This document shows positions 1-9,820 of a stretch of 64,000 nt of DNA, piece after piece. Every line of letters starts with the position of its first letter. Within the stretch, counting starts at the first letter, position 1. Under the pieces are notes generated by a model. The model ran no database searches and had not been told where the DNA came from. It saw only the letters and a list, made by a program, of their open reading frames with translations. A program made the translations under genes and the position numbers. The DNA is from Candidatus Heimdallarchaeum endolithica (GTDB lineage Archaea > Asgardarchaeota > Heimdallarchaeia > Heimdallarchaeales > Heimdallarchaeaceae), in contig CP084167.1 in assembly GCA_021513715.1 (NCBI GenBank), positions 1,376,001-1,440,000 on the forward strand. Reading direction: 5' to 3'.

Positions 1-549
1 AAATTTTGATATTTTTAAAAAACAGCAGCTTGGAGAAATACGAAAGAGGTTTTCAATTGATTTTTGTTTGTTTTCTACAAGGATTCTAATTAACCATTTT
101 GTCATCCATCTATTAAAACAGAAAATTTCACTTAATATATTTCCTACTTCATCTAAAAATGTAACAGTTGAGCAATCAGGTGTTTCAGTTATCAAGGACT
201 TATACTGTGCTTGATTTATAAAGAATTTACCAGAAGTAATGAGTATATAATCATTAATGGCATGCTTCATGATTTTATTTAATATTTCAACATCTATTCT
301 TTTTCTAATAGGTGGAATAACTTTAATAGGAGCACAATCTGTTTTTTTGTTAAATATTTGTCTTTCTTCATCATTTATAAAAAAATCAGTTATAAGATCA
401 TTTGACAGATGTTTTAATTTTTGAACATGAGTTATTAACTGTTCTACATTTTCACAATTTAGAATAAATATTGAAACATTTGATTTATCTTTCTTTTTTG
501 ATTCAAAGTGATGAACTGTACGTTCAAGTAATTTAACAATGTTACTCAA
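1..549 (-). CDS. Partial CDS running off the window edge; degenerate MobA-like/nucleotidyltransferase-fold protein
   Basis: Not in the ORF track. Manual translation from TTG at 549 (overlapping the mobB stop) stays open to position 1: MSNIVKLLERTVHHF...IMKHAINDYILITSGKFFIN... Pattern and mobB adjacency suggest the MobA fold; no LAGG motif. Confidence 0.5.
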   Translation of the reverse strand, partial: MSNIVKLLERTVHHFESKKKDKSNVSIFILNCENVEQLITHVQKLKHLSNDLITDFFINDEERQIFNKKTDCAPIKVIPPIRKRIDVEILNKIMKHAINDYILITSGKFFINQAQYKSLITETPDCSTVTFLDEVGNILSEIFCFNRWMTKWLIRILVENKQKSIENLFRISPSCCFLKISKF

Positions 550-1136
550 AGTTTAAATTCCTCCAATAGAAGTTCAATTATTTGCTCATCTGATTTAAAT
601 AGATTAAAATTATATTTTTTCACAAATAGTTTAACATCTTTTTCATTTTCTTTGTAAATGTTCGATGGGCAATAAACACCAATTAAGTTATCTAAATTGA
701 ATAACGACAAGTCAATGTTTTTTGTCCAAACAATAATTTTTGGAAAATCTAACTTTTTAAAACCTTCAATTATTATAAGATCAGAATTGGTATATTCATT
801 TATAAGACCTATAGTTTGCTCAAGAGACAATTCACTAAAAGTGATCTGTGTACCATTAGAAAAGAGAACTGCAGTAGAGACACCTCCACTAAAGAAATTT
901 TTATCAGAATCTTTTCCATGATCCTCTATTTTGTGAGTTGGAGCTGATTTAATTGTAGACACTTTAATTTTTTTGTTATTTAATTTTCTAATTATATTGG
1001 TAACTAAAGTCGTCTTTCCAGTGTTAGAAAAACCAACAATTTGGATAATTTTTTGTCTTTCAACTGAAATATTCATTATTAATGGAAAAAAATAATAATA
1101 AAATTTAAACTTACTTACCCAATAATTTTTTTGCAT
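546..1136 (-). CDS. mobB: Molybdopterin-guanine dinucleotide biosynthesis protein B (likely start at MNISVER, ~1076)
   Basis: IIQIVGFSNTGKTTL P-loop; GKDS; DLIIIEGFK motif typical of MobB. Confidence 0.85.
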   Translation of the reverse strand: MQKNYWVSKFKFYYYFFPLIMNISVERQKIIQIVGFSNTGKTTLVTNIIRKLNNKKIKVSTIKSAPTHKIEDHGKDSDKNFFSGGVSTAVLFSNGTQITFSELSLEQTIGLINEYTNSDLIIIEGFKKLDFPKIIVWTKNIDLSLFNLDNLIGVYCPSNIYKENEKDVKLFVKKYNFNLFKSDEQIIELLLEEFKL

Positions 1137-2604
1137 TCGTGATATATTTTTCTGCTGTTGAAGGGCCTATTCCTTTGATTTTTACAAGCTCATCTATAGA
1201 TGCATTAACGAGTTTTTCTACATTTTCAATTCCTGCTTCTTTTAGTAATTTAGCTTTTGATTCTCCTATTCCTGGGACATCTACAAGCGAATATTGAGAT
1301 TCTTTGTCTACGTGTTCATCAATCTTCATTGAAGAAGGAATTTCTTCACTTACAGTTTTTTTGGCTTTAGATACATTTTCTAATTGTTTCTGTGTAGGTT
1401 TGCTAATCGAAAGAATTTTTTCTTGATGAGTTGAAGGAGTTTTAGTTGGTAATTGCTCTTTTTGTGATTCTTCTTTTTTCTTTTTTAGAATTTCACTAGG
1501 TTTTAACAATGTATGCTCTTTTTTTTCCTCTTGTACGTAATCTACAGTTCTTGAGATTACAGGGATTGCCTCCCTTTTTCTCAAATATTCTGAAGGTTTG
1601 AGTAGTCGTTCAGAAGGAGTGTTATCATCCCTTTCTTCAATATCAAACATTTTTCGTTCTTTATCAAAAATTGTTTCTCTTTCTTTAAGAACTTCACTAG
1701 GTTTCAAAAGACGCTTTTCTGGAGGGCTAGGTTTACTTTCTTCTCTTTTTAAAGGAGGTAATACTTTCACTTTTGGAGATCTTGTAGGCCCTTTATCTAG
1801 GATCTCGCTGGGCCTAGCTAACTTATTTTCTGGTGGCTTCAATCTTTTTTTTGGTAAAGGTAGAACATTTTCTTGAACAGGTGTTTTAACTTTTTTATCA
1901 ATAGGTTCTGAAGTTGTTTCGATTTGTCTAATATCTCTAAAACTTCCAGATGGTTGAAGTTTTCTGACTGAGGTCTCTTTTTTCTCAATTGGAGTTGAAA
2001 CAACTTTTGCTTCTCTGATAGGAACACCTGTAGGCTTTAATCGTGCTCTAACATCTGCAGCAGTTTCACCCAAAAAGTGTTCTTTTTCTTTTCTAGTAAC
2101 TGTAGGTTCAGGTTTCTTTTCATCAACTGGCTCATAATAAACAACCTTAGCTTCTTTTACAGGCACACCAGGAGAAGACAACAAACTTCTATAACTCGAA
2201 GGTTTTTCTGCAGAAGGTTTTACAGGTTCATCATAAACTACTTTAGCCTCTCTTATTCTATGGCCAGTTCGTTTTAAAGCAACACCAGTATTTAGAGGAA
2301 GTAATTCTTCTTCCAGTTTATCTTCATTTATATTTTGAATACCAAAATCACTTAAAAATTCTGAAAACCAAAAAGAAAATCTTCTGAAATTTAATTGGCC
2401 AGTAATAGTTCCTTCCCAGAAATTATAACACATTTTTGCTAATTGATCCAATGAACTAAATGAACGAGTTTCTATTGCATGTTTCCCATCAAAAAAATAA
2501 ACAGTTCCATTTATTGTGGGCGAGAAAGTAGTGGATTTAGGCTCTAGAGCTACCCCATATCTTGTAGAGCCAATCAATCTTTTAGGTCTTTGCGGAATAG
2601 ACAT
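1111..2604 (-). CDS. Low-complexity repeat protein with C-terminal helix-hairpin-helix domain
   Basis: C-terminal VPGIGESKAKLL...IKGIGPSTAEK (HhH); long K/E/P-rich linker with repeated EAKVV and L(L)KPSE.L motifs. Confidence 0.7.
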   Translation of the reverse strand: MSIPQRPKRLIGSTRYGVALEPKSTTFSPTINGTVYFFDGKHAIETRSFSSLDQLAKMCYNFWEGTITGQLNFRRFSFWFSEFLSDFGIQNINEDKLEEELLPLNTGVALKRTGHRIREAKVVYDEPVKPSAEKPSSYRSLLSSPGVPVKEAKVVYYEPVDEKKPEPTVTRKEKEHFLGETAADVRARLKPTGVPIREAKVVSTPIEKKETSVRKLQPSGSFRDIRQIETTSEPIDKKVKTPVQENVLPLPKKRLKPPENKLARPSEILDKGPTRSPKVKVLPPLKREESKPSPPEKRLLKPSEVLKERETIFDKERKMFDIEERDDNTPSERLLKPSEYLRKREAIPVISRTVDYVQEEKKEHTLLKPSEILKKKKEESQKEQLPTKTPSTHQEKILSISKPTQKQLENVSKAKKTVSEEIPSSMKIDEHVDKESQYSLVDVPGIGESKAKLLKEAGIENVEKLVNASIDELVKIKGIGPSTAEKYITNAKKLLGK

Positions 2605-2711
2605 TTCTTATCAAATAATTAAATTCAATCAACTTATAAAAAATTTACCTATTGTATTAATCATTGAATTAAGTGATACTGAAAACGCAAAAAATAAAAA
2701 AAATAAAAAAA

Positions 2712-4220
2712 TTAAGTACTTTTAACTGGTTCTTCTTCTGTTTCTGCCTTTGCAATCCAAGACTCTCTTGATTCTTTATCGTAATCTTTCAAGACTCTTT
2801 CTTTCACTCTAGTAATATCTTTTTGTATGTCTTCAGACAATTGAGTTCTTCTTCCGCTCTTACCTCTAAATGGATCAGTCAAGTAGAAGAAGAGAATAGT
2901 CTTATAGGCTGTAGAAATAGGACGTAAAACTGCAGTCATTGGCAGATAACCAAAGAAGAAAAACATAATTGAAACTGCAATACCAAATATTGCAATATTA
3001 GTTACGCTTCCTAATATCTGATAACCTAGCCAATAATATCCAATGAAGAATCCACCTATAGTAAATATACTAAAAGTCATAAAAATGAATAATCCTTTAG
3101 CTATGTTAACTCCTGTTTTTTCAATGATAATATCTGCCCCAGAGTCTAATGATAGTTCAGATGAACGAGCTATACTTTTTATGAACCCCTGTTTTTCTAC
3201 CACAATGATTGTTAATGTATAATAGTTCAAGAATTTCAGAATCTTATAGAGCCATTTTATTAGAATTACGAATATAAAGAATATCACTGTTAGAATATTC
3301 TTTATAACATTCCAAACTTTGTAAAACTTAGAAGTTTCTTTTATCTTCTTCGCTGCGAAGTATTGAACAATAATAACTATCCAATTGAAGAAAGCCATAA
3401 ATGTACCAAAAAGAACAATGCTTCCTTTAACTTTCATGATTTCACGGAAAGCTTTTCTTATACTAGCATCTTTATAATTATTCCATCGCTTGAAAATACA
3501 GATATTGATTGCATCAGTGAAATATAGCATAGTCCAGTAAATATTCAAGTAAACGTAAATAACTAAGAAGAAGACTAAAGTTTGTACCCATGAACTCTTG
3601 TCAGTTAATATATCACCGATATTAAATGCAGTCCATACAGAAGCTCCTGTACCGAGAATGAAGAGTACAATACTAAAGAGGGCAAAGAAAATAATTGGTA
3701 AAATTGTTCTCCTATTTTCGTTAACTGCTTCACAACTTGTTTCGAATATTTTCGCTCCAAGAATAATTCTTCTTGAAACGAGTAAAACAATAACAATAAG
3801 AAAAGCTGTTGGAGCAAGAATTACTAGACCAATCCAGATTGGATCTATAAAAATAACAGAGTAAATTCCTCCGCCTAATAAGAGTAGAGGGACACCAAAA
3901 ATTGTCCCAATAACTGTTTCTGCGCCGAGGTAACTCATAAACCAGACTTCAATATAAGCCAAAATAATCCCAAACAAAAAAAGAACGCCAATAGTTCCAA
4001 GTACCCAATATTTGGTAGCAGAATCAACTGTGTATCCTGATAGATCACTAATAGAAAGTCCTTGAACTTTTCCAACAATCCAGTCAATAATTCCTTGATT
4101 GCTTTGATATAAGTCATATAAAGCAAAAACTCCAAAAGCTAATGCTCCTAGAGTAACAAGGAACCAAATGTAAAAAATTAATCCAAAATCTCTTACTTTT
4201 TCTTTATTATCTTTATTCAT
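2712..4220 (-). CDS. Multi-pass membrane protein, choline transporter-like (CTL/SLC44/Pns1) family
   Basis: ~10 hydrophobic segments; RRIILGAKIFETSCEAV, SIRKAFREIMKVKGSIVLFG and KILKFLNYYTLTIIVVEKQGFIKSIARS resemble the CTL consensus. Confidence 0.6.
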   Translation of the reverse strand: MNKDNKEKVRDFGLIFYIWFLVTLGALAFGVFALYDLYQSNQGIIDWIVGKVQGLSISDLSGYTVDSATKYWVLGTIGVLFLFGIILAYIEVWFMSYLGAETVIGTIFGVPLLLLGGGIYSVIFIDPIWIGLVILAPTAFLIVIVLLVSRRIILGAKIFETSCEAVNENRRTILPIIFFALFSIVLFILGTGASVWTAFNIGDILTDKSSWVQTLVFFLVIYVYLNIYWTMLYFTDAINICIFKRWNNYKDASIRKAFREIMKVKGSIVLFGTFMAFFNWIVIIVQYFAAKKIKETSKFYKVWNVIKNILTVIFFIFVILIKWLYKILKFLNYYTLTIIVVEKQGFIKSIARSSELSLDSGADIIIEKTGVNIAKGLFIFMTFSIFTIGGFFIGYYWLGYQILGSVTNIAIFGIAVSIMFFFFGYLPMTAVLRPISTAYKTILFFYLTDPFRGKSGRRTQLSEDIQKDITRVKERVLKDYDKESRESWIAKAETEEEPVKST

Positions 4221-4329
4221 ATGTTAAATAGCAAGTTATTATTGAAAAATGTTTTCCAAAGAATAAAATTACTAAAAAAATTAGTTCTGAAAACCTTATT
4301 AAGTCATTTTTTTTTAAAAAAATAGTCAA

Positions 4330-5226
4330 ATGAATCATAAAATAACTCTTATTAGTCATTTAGTTCTTGATGACAAAATATTTTTCAAGGAAGATAAAGT
4401 TAAAGAAGAATATAACCAATTGGGTGGTCCAGCAACTTATGGTTTGCTAGTTAGACCTTTTATTAAGCAGAAAATAAAATTACTAACTTCTTGTAGTAAA
4501 GATTTTCCTATTTCAAAAATACAAACTAACCCAAAAAACATAACTGTCATTCCTTCAAAAACCACAACAAGATTTAAACATGAGATTTTCCATAGTCACA
4601 GAAATTTATATTTAATAGACACTGCTAAAGAACTTAATACAAAAATCCAAACAATCAACACAGGAAAAGCGTGTTTATGCTCTCCTGTTTTTAAAGAAAT
4701 AAGTGTTGATTCTGTAAAACATCTCACACAAAATCATGAAATCACAGTTGTAGATATCCAGGGTTTCCTAAGATTTAGAGAAAAAAATAATCTAATCACC
4801 TTCAAATTCTCAAAAGATGAGATAACAGAGATTTTGAAAATAGCAGATTATGTTAAGCTATCCTATGAAGAAGCTTCAATAATAACTCAAGAAAATACTT
4901 TAACTAGAATATTTACTAAACTAGGTTATGAATCTGCAATCATTACTTTAGGTAAGGAAGGAGTTGCGTATAAAGAAGAAAAAAGAATTTTTAAGATCCA
5001 GGCCCCATTAGTGGAAGAAATAGATCCTACTGGAGCAGGAGATGTATTTATTACCGCTTTTCTTGGGAAATTGATTGAAACAGGAGAAATAGATTATGCA
5101 GTAGCTTTTGGAATAGCACTTGCATCTCATGCAGTAACAACAAAAGGAGCTGAACCATTACCAAAAGTAAACTATAAAGAAATTGCAGATGAATTGTTAA
5201 GTACAAAAAGAAAAATAGAAACTTAG
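4330..5226 (+). CDS. PfkB/ribokinase-family carbohydrate kinase
   Basis: GGPATY; VDIQGFLR; ITLGKEG; DPTGAGDVF signature. Confidence 0.9.
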   Translation: MNHKITLISHLVLDDKIFFKEDKVKEEYNQLGGPATYGLLVRPFIKQKIKLLTSCSKDFPISKIQTNPKNITVIPSKTTTRFKHEIFHSHRNLYLIDTAKELNTKIQTINTGKACLCSPVFKEISVDSVKHLTQNHEITVVDIQGFLRFREKNNLITFKFSKDEITEILKIADYVKLSYEEASIITQENTLTRIFTKLGYESAIITLGKEGVAYKEEKRIFKIQAPLVEEIDPTGAGDVFITAFLGKLIETGEIDYAVAFGIALASHAVTTKGAEPLPKVNYKEIADELLSTKRKIET

Positions 5227-5849
5227 TTAATATCTATAATTTTGAGAGAAGAAACACATTGATTAATTAGCTCAGAGTATTTAATTTTTAACTCTTCACT
5301 TTTCACTTTTTCTTCATTAGCTTGTGTAATTGGGTGTTTTGGTCCAAGAATGTCACAAACTTCTGGTCCAGAAGATATTTCAAAAGTTCCGATTTGTTTT
5401 GAATAATTAATTATTGTTTCTTTATCTATTGCTATCAAAGGCTTTAATACTCTGTATTTAGTAGCTTTTTCAATGACATTTATATTCATTAGAGTTTGGC
5501 TAGAAACTTGTCCTAAGCTTTCTCCTGTTATTATGTAACTTGCATTTTCTTTTTTTGCTATTTCTGAAGCTAGAACAAGAAGTAATCGTTTCATTAAAAC
5601 AAAAAAATAAGAGTGAGTACATTCATTTACAAATGTCTGTAAAGAATTAGCTATATCCATAACATACAATTTTGACCAATTGAACTTTTTTGCAATTTCA
5701 ATACATTTTTCTATTGTCCACTCCCCAACAAAATCTACATTTGATAAATGAAGAGGAATTATCTCAAATCCTTCTTTTTTTAATAAGTAACCTGCTACTC
5801 CGCTATCAAAACCTCCGCTTAACAGCAGTACTGCTTTTTCTTTTTTCAT
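5223..5849 (-). CDS. thiI: ThiI-like PP-loop tRNA sulfurtransferase catalytic domain (no THUMP domain)
   Basis: LLSGGFDSGVA; TGESLGQVSSQTL; PLIAIDKETII...IGTFEIS. Confidence 0.8.
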   Translation of the reverse strand: MKKEKAVLLLSGGFDSGVAGYLLKKEGFEIIPLHLSNVDFVGEWTIEKCIEIAKKFNWSKLYVMDIANSLQTFVNECTHSYFFVLMKRLLLVLASEIAKKENASYIITGESLGQVSSQTLMNINVIEKATKYRVLKPLIAIDKETIINYSKQIGTFEISSGPEVCDILGPKHPITQANEEKVKSEELKIKYSELINQCVSSLKIIDIN

Positions 5850-5962
5850 TCAATTTTACATTTATTTGTTATTTTTTTAACCTTTGGATTTTTGAAAAAT
5901 TTTATTAATATTACCTTATTGTTGAGACAGAATATACATTTTATTAATAAAATGGTGATAAA

Positions 5963-6394
5963 ATGGAAATAAAGAACTTTTCTATGGATTATTACGATGA
6001 AGTTTATGAATTATGGAAGAAAACAGGGCTAACTGTTACTAAATCTGACTCTAGAGAAGGAGTTAAGATAATGCTTGAACGAAACCCTGATCTTTTCTTA
6101 ATTGGAATTGAAAATGACAAATTAGTTTGTGTTGTCTATGGTGGATTTGATGGAAGAAGAGGTTTCGTACATCATCTAGCTGTTGATCCACAATTTCAAA
6201 GAAAAGGATTAGGAAAAATGATGATGGAAGAACTAGAAAAAAGATTCAAAAGAATGAATGTTGAAAAGATACATCTTTTTATCGAAAAAAGAAATTTAGG
6301 TGTAATAGAATTTTATAAGAGATTAGGTTGGTATTTAAGAGACGATTTAGTTATAATGTCTTTTGTACCAGATGAAGAAAACGAAAAAGAATGA
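5963..6394 (+). CDS. GNAT-family N-acetyltransferase (YpeA-like)
   Basis: GFDGRRGFVHHLAVDPQFQRKGLG; N..VIEFYKRLGW. Confidence 0.9.
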   Translation: MEIKNFSMDYYDEVYELWKKTGLTVTKSDSREGVKIMLERNPDLFLIGIENDKLVCVVYGGFDGRRGFVHHLAVDPQFQRKGLGKMMMEELEKRFKRMNVEKIHLFIEKRNLGVIEFYKRLGWYLRDDLVIMSFVPDEENEKE

Positions 6395-6399
6395 AAATG

Positions 6400-8172
6400 C
6401 TATTCTTCTTTTTTCTCCTCTTGAACTAAGGGGGGAGACAAAACAGCTGTTGATTCAATACTTAACGTTCCTTTATCCATTGCCTTTTTAATATATCCGA
6501 AATAGTCTAGCTCGTAAATATATTTCATTAAAATTTCTTTACGCATGCTTAGTATTTTTGATAATTCTTCAACTGTTAGAGCTCTTGAGAAATCGTTTAG
6601 GATATAAAGAATCCTGTATTTAGGATCTGTATTCAAAAATCCTTCAAGACTCTTCAAGGATGTACTTAAAGTATCTATCTTCTTCCTTAATTTCTGGATA
6701 TCCAATTCATATTGATATTTTTCTTCACTACTTATTGTTCCTTGTTTCTCAATTTTGTCGAGTGTCACTTTTGTATTTATTAGTTCATTTTCTGTTTCTT
6801 TGAGTTTTGAAGTTAATTCTTTGATCTTTTCTTGTTGTGCTTCCAGTTCCTTCTGTATCTTTTCTTTTTCTTCAGAAAGATTATTAGCTCTTTCCTGAAG
6901 TTCTCTTGATTCAGCATCTTTTTCTGCTATTTTGAGCATAAATTCATCTATTTGGGTTTGAACTGCATGAAGTTCTCTTTCTTTTCCACTTATTTCTTGC
7001 TGAAGTTCGATCATTGTCTCTGCTAAACGTTCAATGTCTGAATCTTTCTCTTTCAATTGTACTTGAAGTTCAGTAACTTGATTTTCAAGTGTTTCAATCT
7101 TTGATTGTTGTTCAAGAATAATTTTATCTTTTTCTTCAATTTGTTGTTTTAACTCTTTCTCGAGTTCACCTAATTCAGATATCTTAGAAGTGTCACTCTC
7201 TTGTTCCTTCATTTTCTCTTGTATCAACTTTAATTCATTCTTAAGATGAGTATTCTCCTCTTTCAGTTTATTGATTTCCTCCTTTGAATGATCGAGATCA
7301 ATCTTTAGAGCCTCAATTTGATTTGCTTTTTGAGATATGTCTATTTTCTGATTTCTTATAGTATCTTCATTTTCAGCTATCTGATTTCGTAGATTGAAAA
7401 TAGTTAATCTAGCTTTTTCTAACTGTTTCTGAAGTTCTTCAAAAAACTGATCCTCTTTTGATGCACTTTCTGAACGAATCACCCTAAGCTTGCTTTCTAA
7501 TCCTTCTATTTGTTTTGCATAAGAATCACGTTCAATTTTTATTCTGTTGAATTCAGATTGTAGATTAGTTTTCTCAAGAGTTAACTTTTGTATTTCCCTA
7601 TCCTTATCTCTGATCACTTCGTCACGTTCTTTTATTAGAGTCTCATCAATCTTTGGAATTGCTGCTGTTTCTGCTAATTCAGATATTTTTCCTTCTATAT
7701 TCTGAATATATGCTTGAGCTTCAGCGAGTTCTTTCTGCAGAAGAGCATTTTCTTTATTTAACTGTTTAACTTTACTATTTAGCTCATCTCTCTCTTTTTC
7801 TAATGAAGGAATTCTTTCTGACTCTTTTTTATATCTCTGAAGTTGATCTAGCATTTCTTCAGTAATAAATTCACCTTTAACAAATCCTTGTTCAATTGCT
7901 GTTCTAATCTTTGTTGTTCCTTCTGTTACAATCATCAAATGTACATCATTCAAAACTTGGGAATAACTAGATTTGAAATTTTTAATGATAGCATCAACTT
8001 CACTTACTGAATATTGAGATTTTCCAGGAGCTAAAGATTGACTTTTAATTTCTTCAGCTTTTGCTTTAACTTGTTCTTGAGCACTAACTCTTAAAACTCT
8101 CATTTCATTTAAGAACTTTTGAAGTTGATCTCTTACAATTTTAAATGGACTGTCGGCCATTGCTGATGCCAT
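6400..8172 (-). CDS. Long coiled-coil protein with C-terminal winged-helix-like domain
   Basis: ~400 aa of E/K/Q/L heptad-rich sequence; C-terminal DPKYRILYIL...LTVEELSKILSM...IYELDYFGYIKK resembles wHTH. Confidence 0.75.
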   Translation of the reverse strand: MASAMADSPFKIVRDQLQKFLNEMRVLRVSAQEQVKAKAEEIKSQSLAPGKSQYSVSEVDAIIKNFKSSYSQVLNDVHLMIVTEGTTKIRTAIEQGFVKGEFITEEMLDQLQRYKKESERIPSLEKERDELNSKVKQLNKENALLQKELAEAQAYIQNIEGKISELAETAAIPKIDETLIKERDEVIRDKDREIQKLTLEKTNLQSEFNRIKIERDSYAKQIEGLESKLRVIRSESASKEDQFFEELQKQLEKARLTIFNLRNQIAENEDTIRNQKIDISQKANQIEALKIDLDHSKEEINKLKEENTHLKNELKLIQEKMKEQESDTSKISELGELEKELKQQIEEKDKIILEQQSKIETLENQVTELQVQLKEKDSDIERLAETMIELQQEISGKERELHAVQTQIDEFMLKIAEKDAESRELQERANNLSEEKEKIQKELEAQQEKIKELTSKLKETENELINTKVTLDKIEKQGTISSEEKYQYELDIQKLRKKIDTLSTSLKSLEGFLNTDPKYRILYILNDFSRALTVEELSKILSMRKEILMKYIYELDYFGYIKKAMDKGTLSIESTAVLSPPLVQEEKKEE

Positions 8173-8239
8173 GTTTATTTCCCTTAACTTTTTTATAGAA
8201 TAAGATATATTCTATATATAAATAGGTTTCTTCTAAGAA

Positions 8240-8349
8240 TAGTACTTCCGAATTATCTCAAAAAGTATGAATTGAGAACACGCCAATGATAGTATGGACG
8301 CCTATAATTTTAACCTATAGAAATCGGTCAACTTATTGCGGAAGTACTA
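8240..8349. mobile_element. 110-bp MITE, copy 1
   Basis: Perfect 11-bp TIR TAGTACTTCCG...CGGAAGTACTA; 6-bp direct repeat TAAGAA at 8234-8239 and 8350-8355; 108/110 identical to the reverse complement of 59809-59918. Confidence 0.95.
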
Positions 8350-9035
8350 TAAGAAATAGAAAAAGAAAATTTGTAAATTTCATCCTCAAATTCATCGATT
8401 TCTTTTAAAAAACTAGATAATTTAAATAAAGGAACAATTGGAACACCATCAGATATTTTAATAGGAACATTTTTCCAAGAAACAACGAGAGCAATTAATT
8501 TTACTACATTTCTTACTGGTAAACCCAATCTAGTTATCAAATCAGAATATATTTCAGGAAAAACTTCAATTAGATAATCCAATCTTTTTTTCTGTAAAAC
8601 AGCTGCTTTTGAATAATAACTTGGTGGGCTTTTCTTGTGGTACTTACAATCAATCAAAAAAAGGAAAGGAAATTTAAAAGCTATTACATCTATTTCGATA
8701 TTGCTTTTGTTCTCCGTTTTTATTCTATAATTATGTAGAGTTGAATATCCACTATAATCAAAAGCACTGGACACTATTATTTCAAAATCTTTCCAGTTTA
8801 TATTATTAAGAACTAAATCTGGGTTTGAACAGTGAAATAACAAGTTACAAAGAAGAGACCCTCTCTCTTTTTCAGTAAAAATGACATCAGAATAAAATCG
8901 TTCTATAGACATATTACTCTTCATCAAAATTGTATTAAGTTTAGCTTTATTTAATTCATGAAGTAAATTACTTTCATTTGTTAATCCGTTTTTTAAACGG
9001 TTTAAAATAAACTTCGATACTTTATCAATTTCCAA
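8328..9035 (-). CDS. PD-(D/E)XK restriction-endonuclease-like protein (Mrr-cat/NERD-like)
   Basis: WKDFEIIVSSAFDYSGY...IEIDVIAFK...LIDCKYH motif; last 7 residues are encoded by the MITE. Confidence 0.75.
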   Translation of the reverse strand: MEIDKVSKFILNRLKNGLTNESNLLHELNKAKLNTILMKSNMSIERFYSDVIFTEKERGSLLCNLLFHCSNPDLVLNNINWKDFEIIVSSAFDYSGYSTLHNYRIKTENKSNIEIDVIAFKFPFLFLIDCKYHKKSPPSYYSKAAVLQKKRLDYLIEVFPEIYSDLITRLGLPVRNVVKLIALVVSWKNVPIKISDGVPIVPLFKLSSFLKEIDEFEDEIYKFSFSISYSTSAIS

Positions 9036-9052
9036 AAATTACACCATTTAGA

Positions 9053-9820
9053 TTAAGCTGAACCTTTTGCAACTTTTATTCGATGAATAATTATTTCTCT
9101 TGTTAATTGTTCTATTGGTTGAGCTACTTTCTGAACATTTGGTGGTCTTTCACCTTTCTTTAATCGACCATATTCATCTAGTTTTTCTTTTACATTTGGA
9201 CTACGAAGGAGTGTCATTAGTTCATTTCTAGCATTTAAACAAGAGATTTCCATTACTCTCATATATGCATCTCCTTTATTTTGAGCCAAGCCTTTTTCTA
9301 CTACCAAATCTAGAAAATCATCTGTAGGTCTTCTTTTTTCTGTAGGAAGATCTATTTTGTTTAACACAATTAAGAAAGGTAGAGAATTTCCGAGTTCATC
9401 ACCTTTTAATTCAATTAGCTCGTCAAGACTCTCAACATTATCTTGCCACATTTCTTTAGAAGGATCAAACATGAAAATTAGTCCATCTGCGCCTTCAAGA
9501 ACTACTTTTCTTTGTATATGATGTCTTTTTTGACCTGCTACTGTCCAAACTTGATACCTTAGTTTAGGAACACTTACTCCTTGACCTTTTGGCAATTCAA
9601 AAGTACTTTGGTCATAGAATATTGTTCTCCCTGAAGGGTCATCAATTTTCTTTAATGATGAATAAATTGTTTCTGGATCTTCTACTTTCCTTAACACATT
9701 ATAAACTGTTAACATACTAGTTTTTCCTGCTAAAGATGGCCCAAAAATAACGATTTTAAGATAAGGAACACCAGAAGCATCCACTTTGAAGATATCGCTA
9801 ATTGATAATTTACTTGACAT
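9053..9820 (-). CDS. MglA-like small GTPase
   Basis: KIVIFGPSLAGKTS; GRTIFYD; WTVAGQ; VLEGADGLIF; NKID, matching the MglA pattern (RTLFFD, TVPGQ). Confidence 0.85.
   Translation of the reverse strand: MSSKLSISDIFKVDASGVPYLKIVIFGPSLAGKTSMLTVYNVLRKVEDPETIYSSLKKIDDPSGRTIFYDQSTFELPKGQGVSVPKLRYQVWTVAGQKRHHIQRKVVLEGADGLIFMFDPSKEMWQDNVESLDELIELKGDELGNSLPFLIVLNKIDLPTEKRRPTDDFLDLVVEKGLAQNKGDAYMRVMEISCLNARNELMTLLRSPNVKEKLDEYGRLKKGERPPNVQKVAQPIEQLTREIIIHRIKVAKGSA

Noticed and set aside
6400-8172. SMC/Rad50 assignment
   Set aside because: No Walker A/B, signature motif, hinge or zinc hook.
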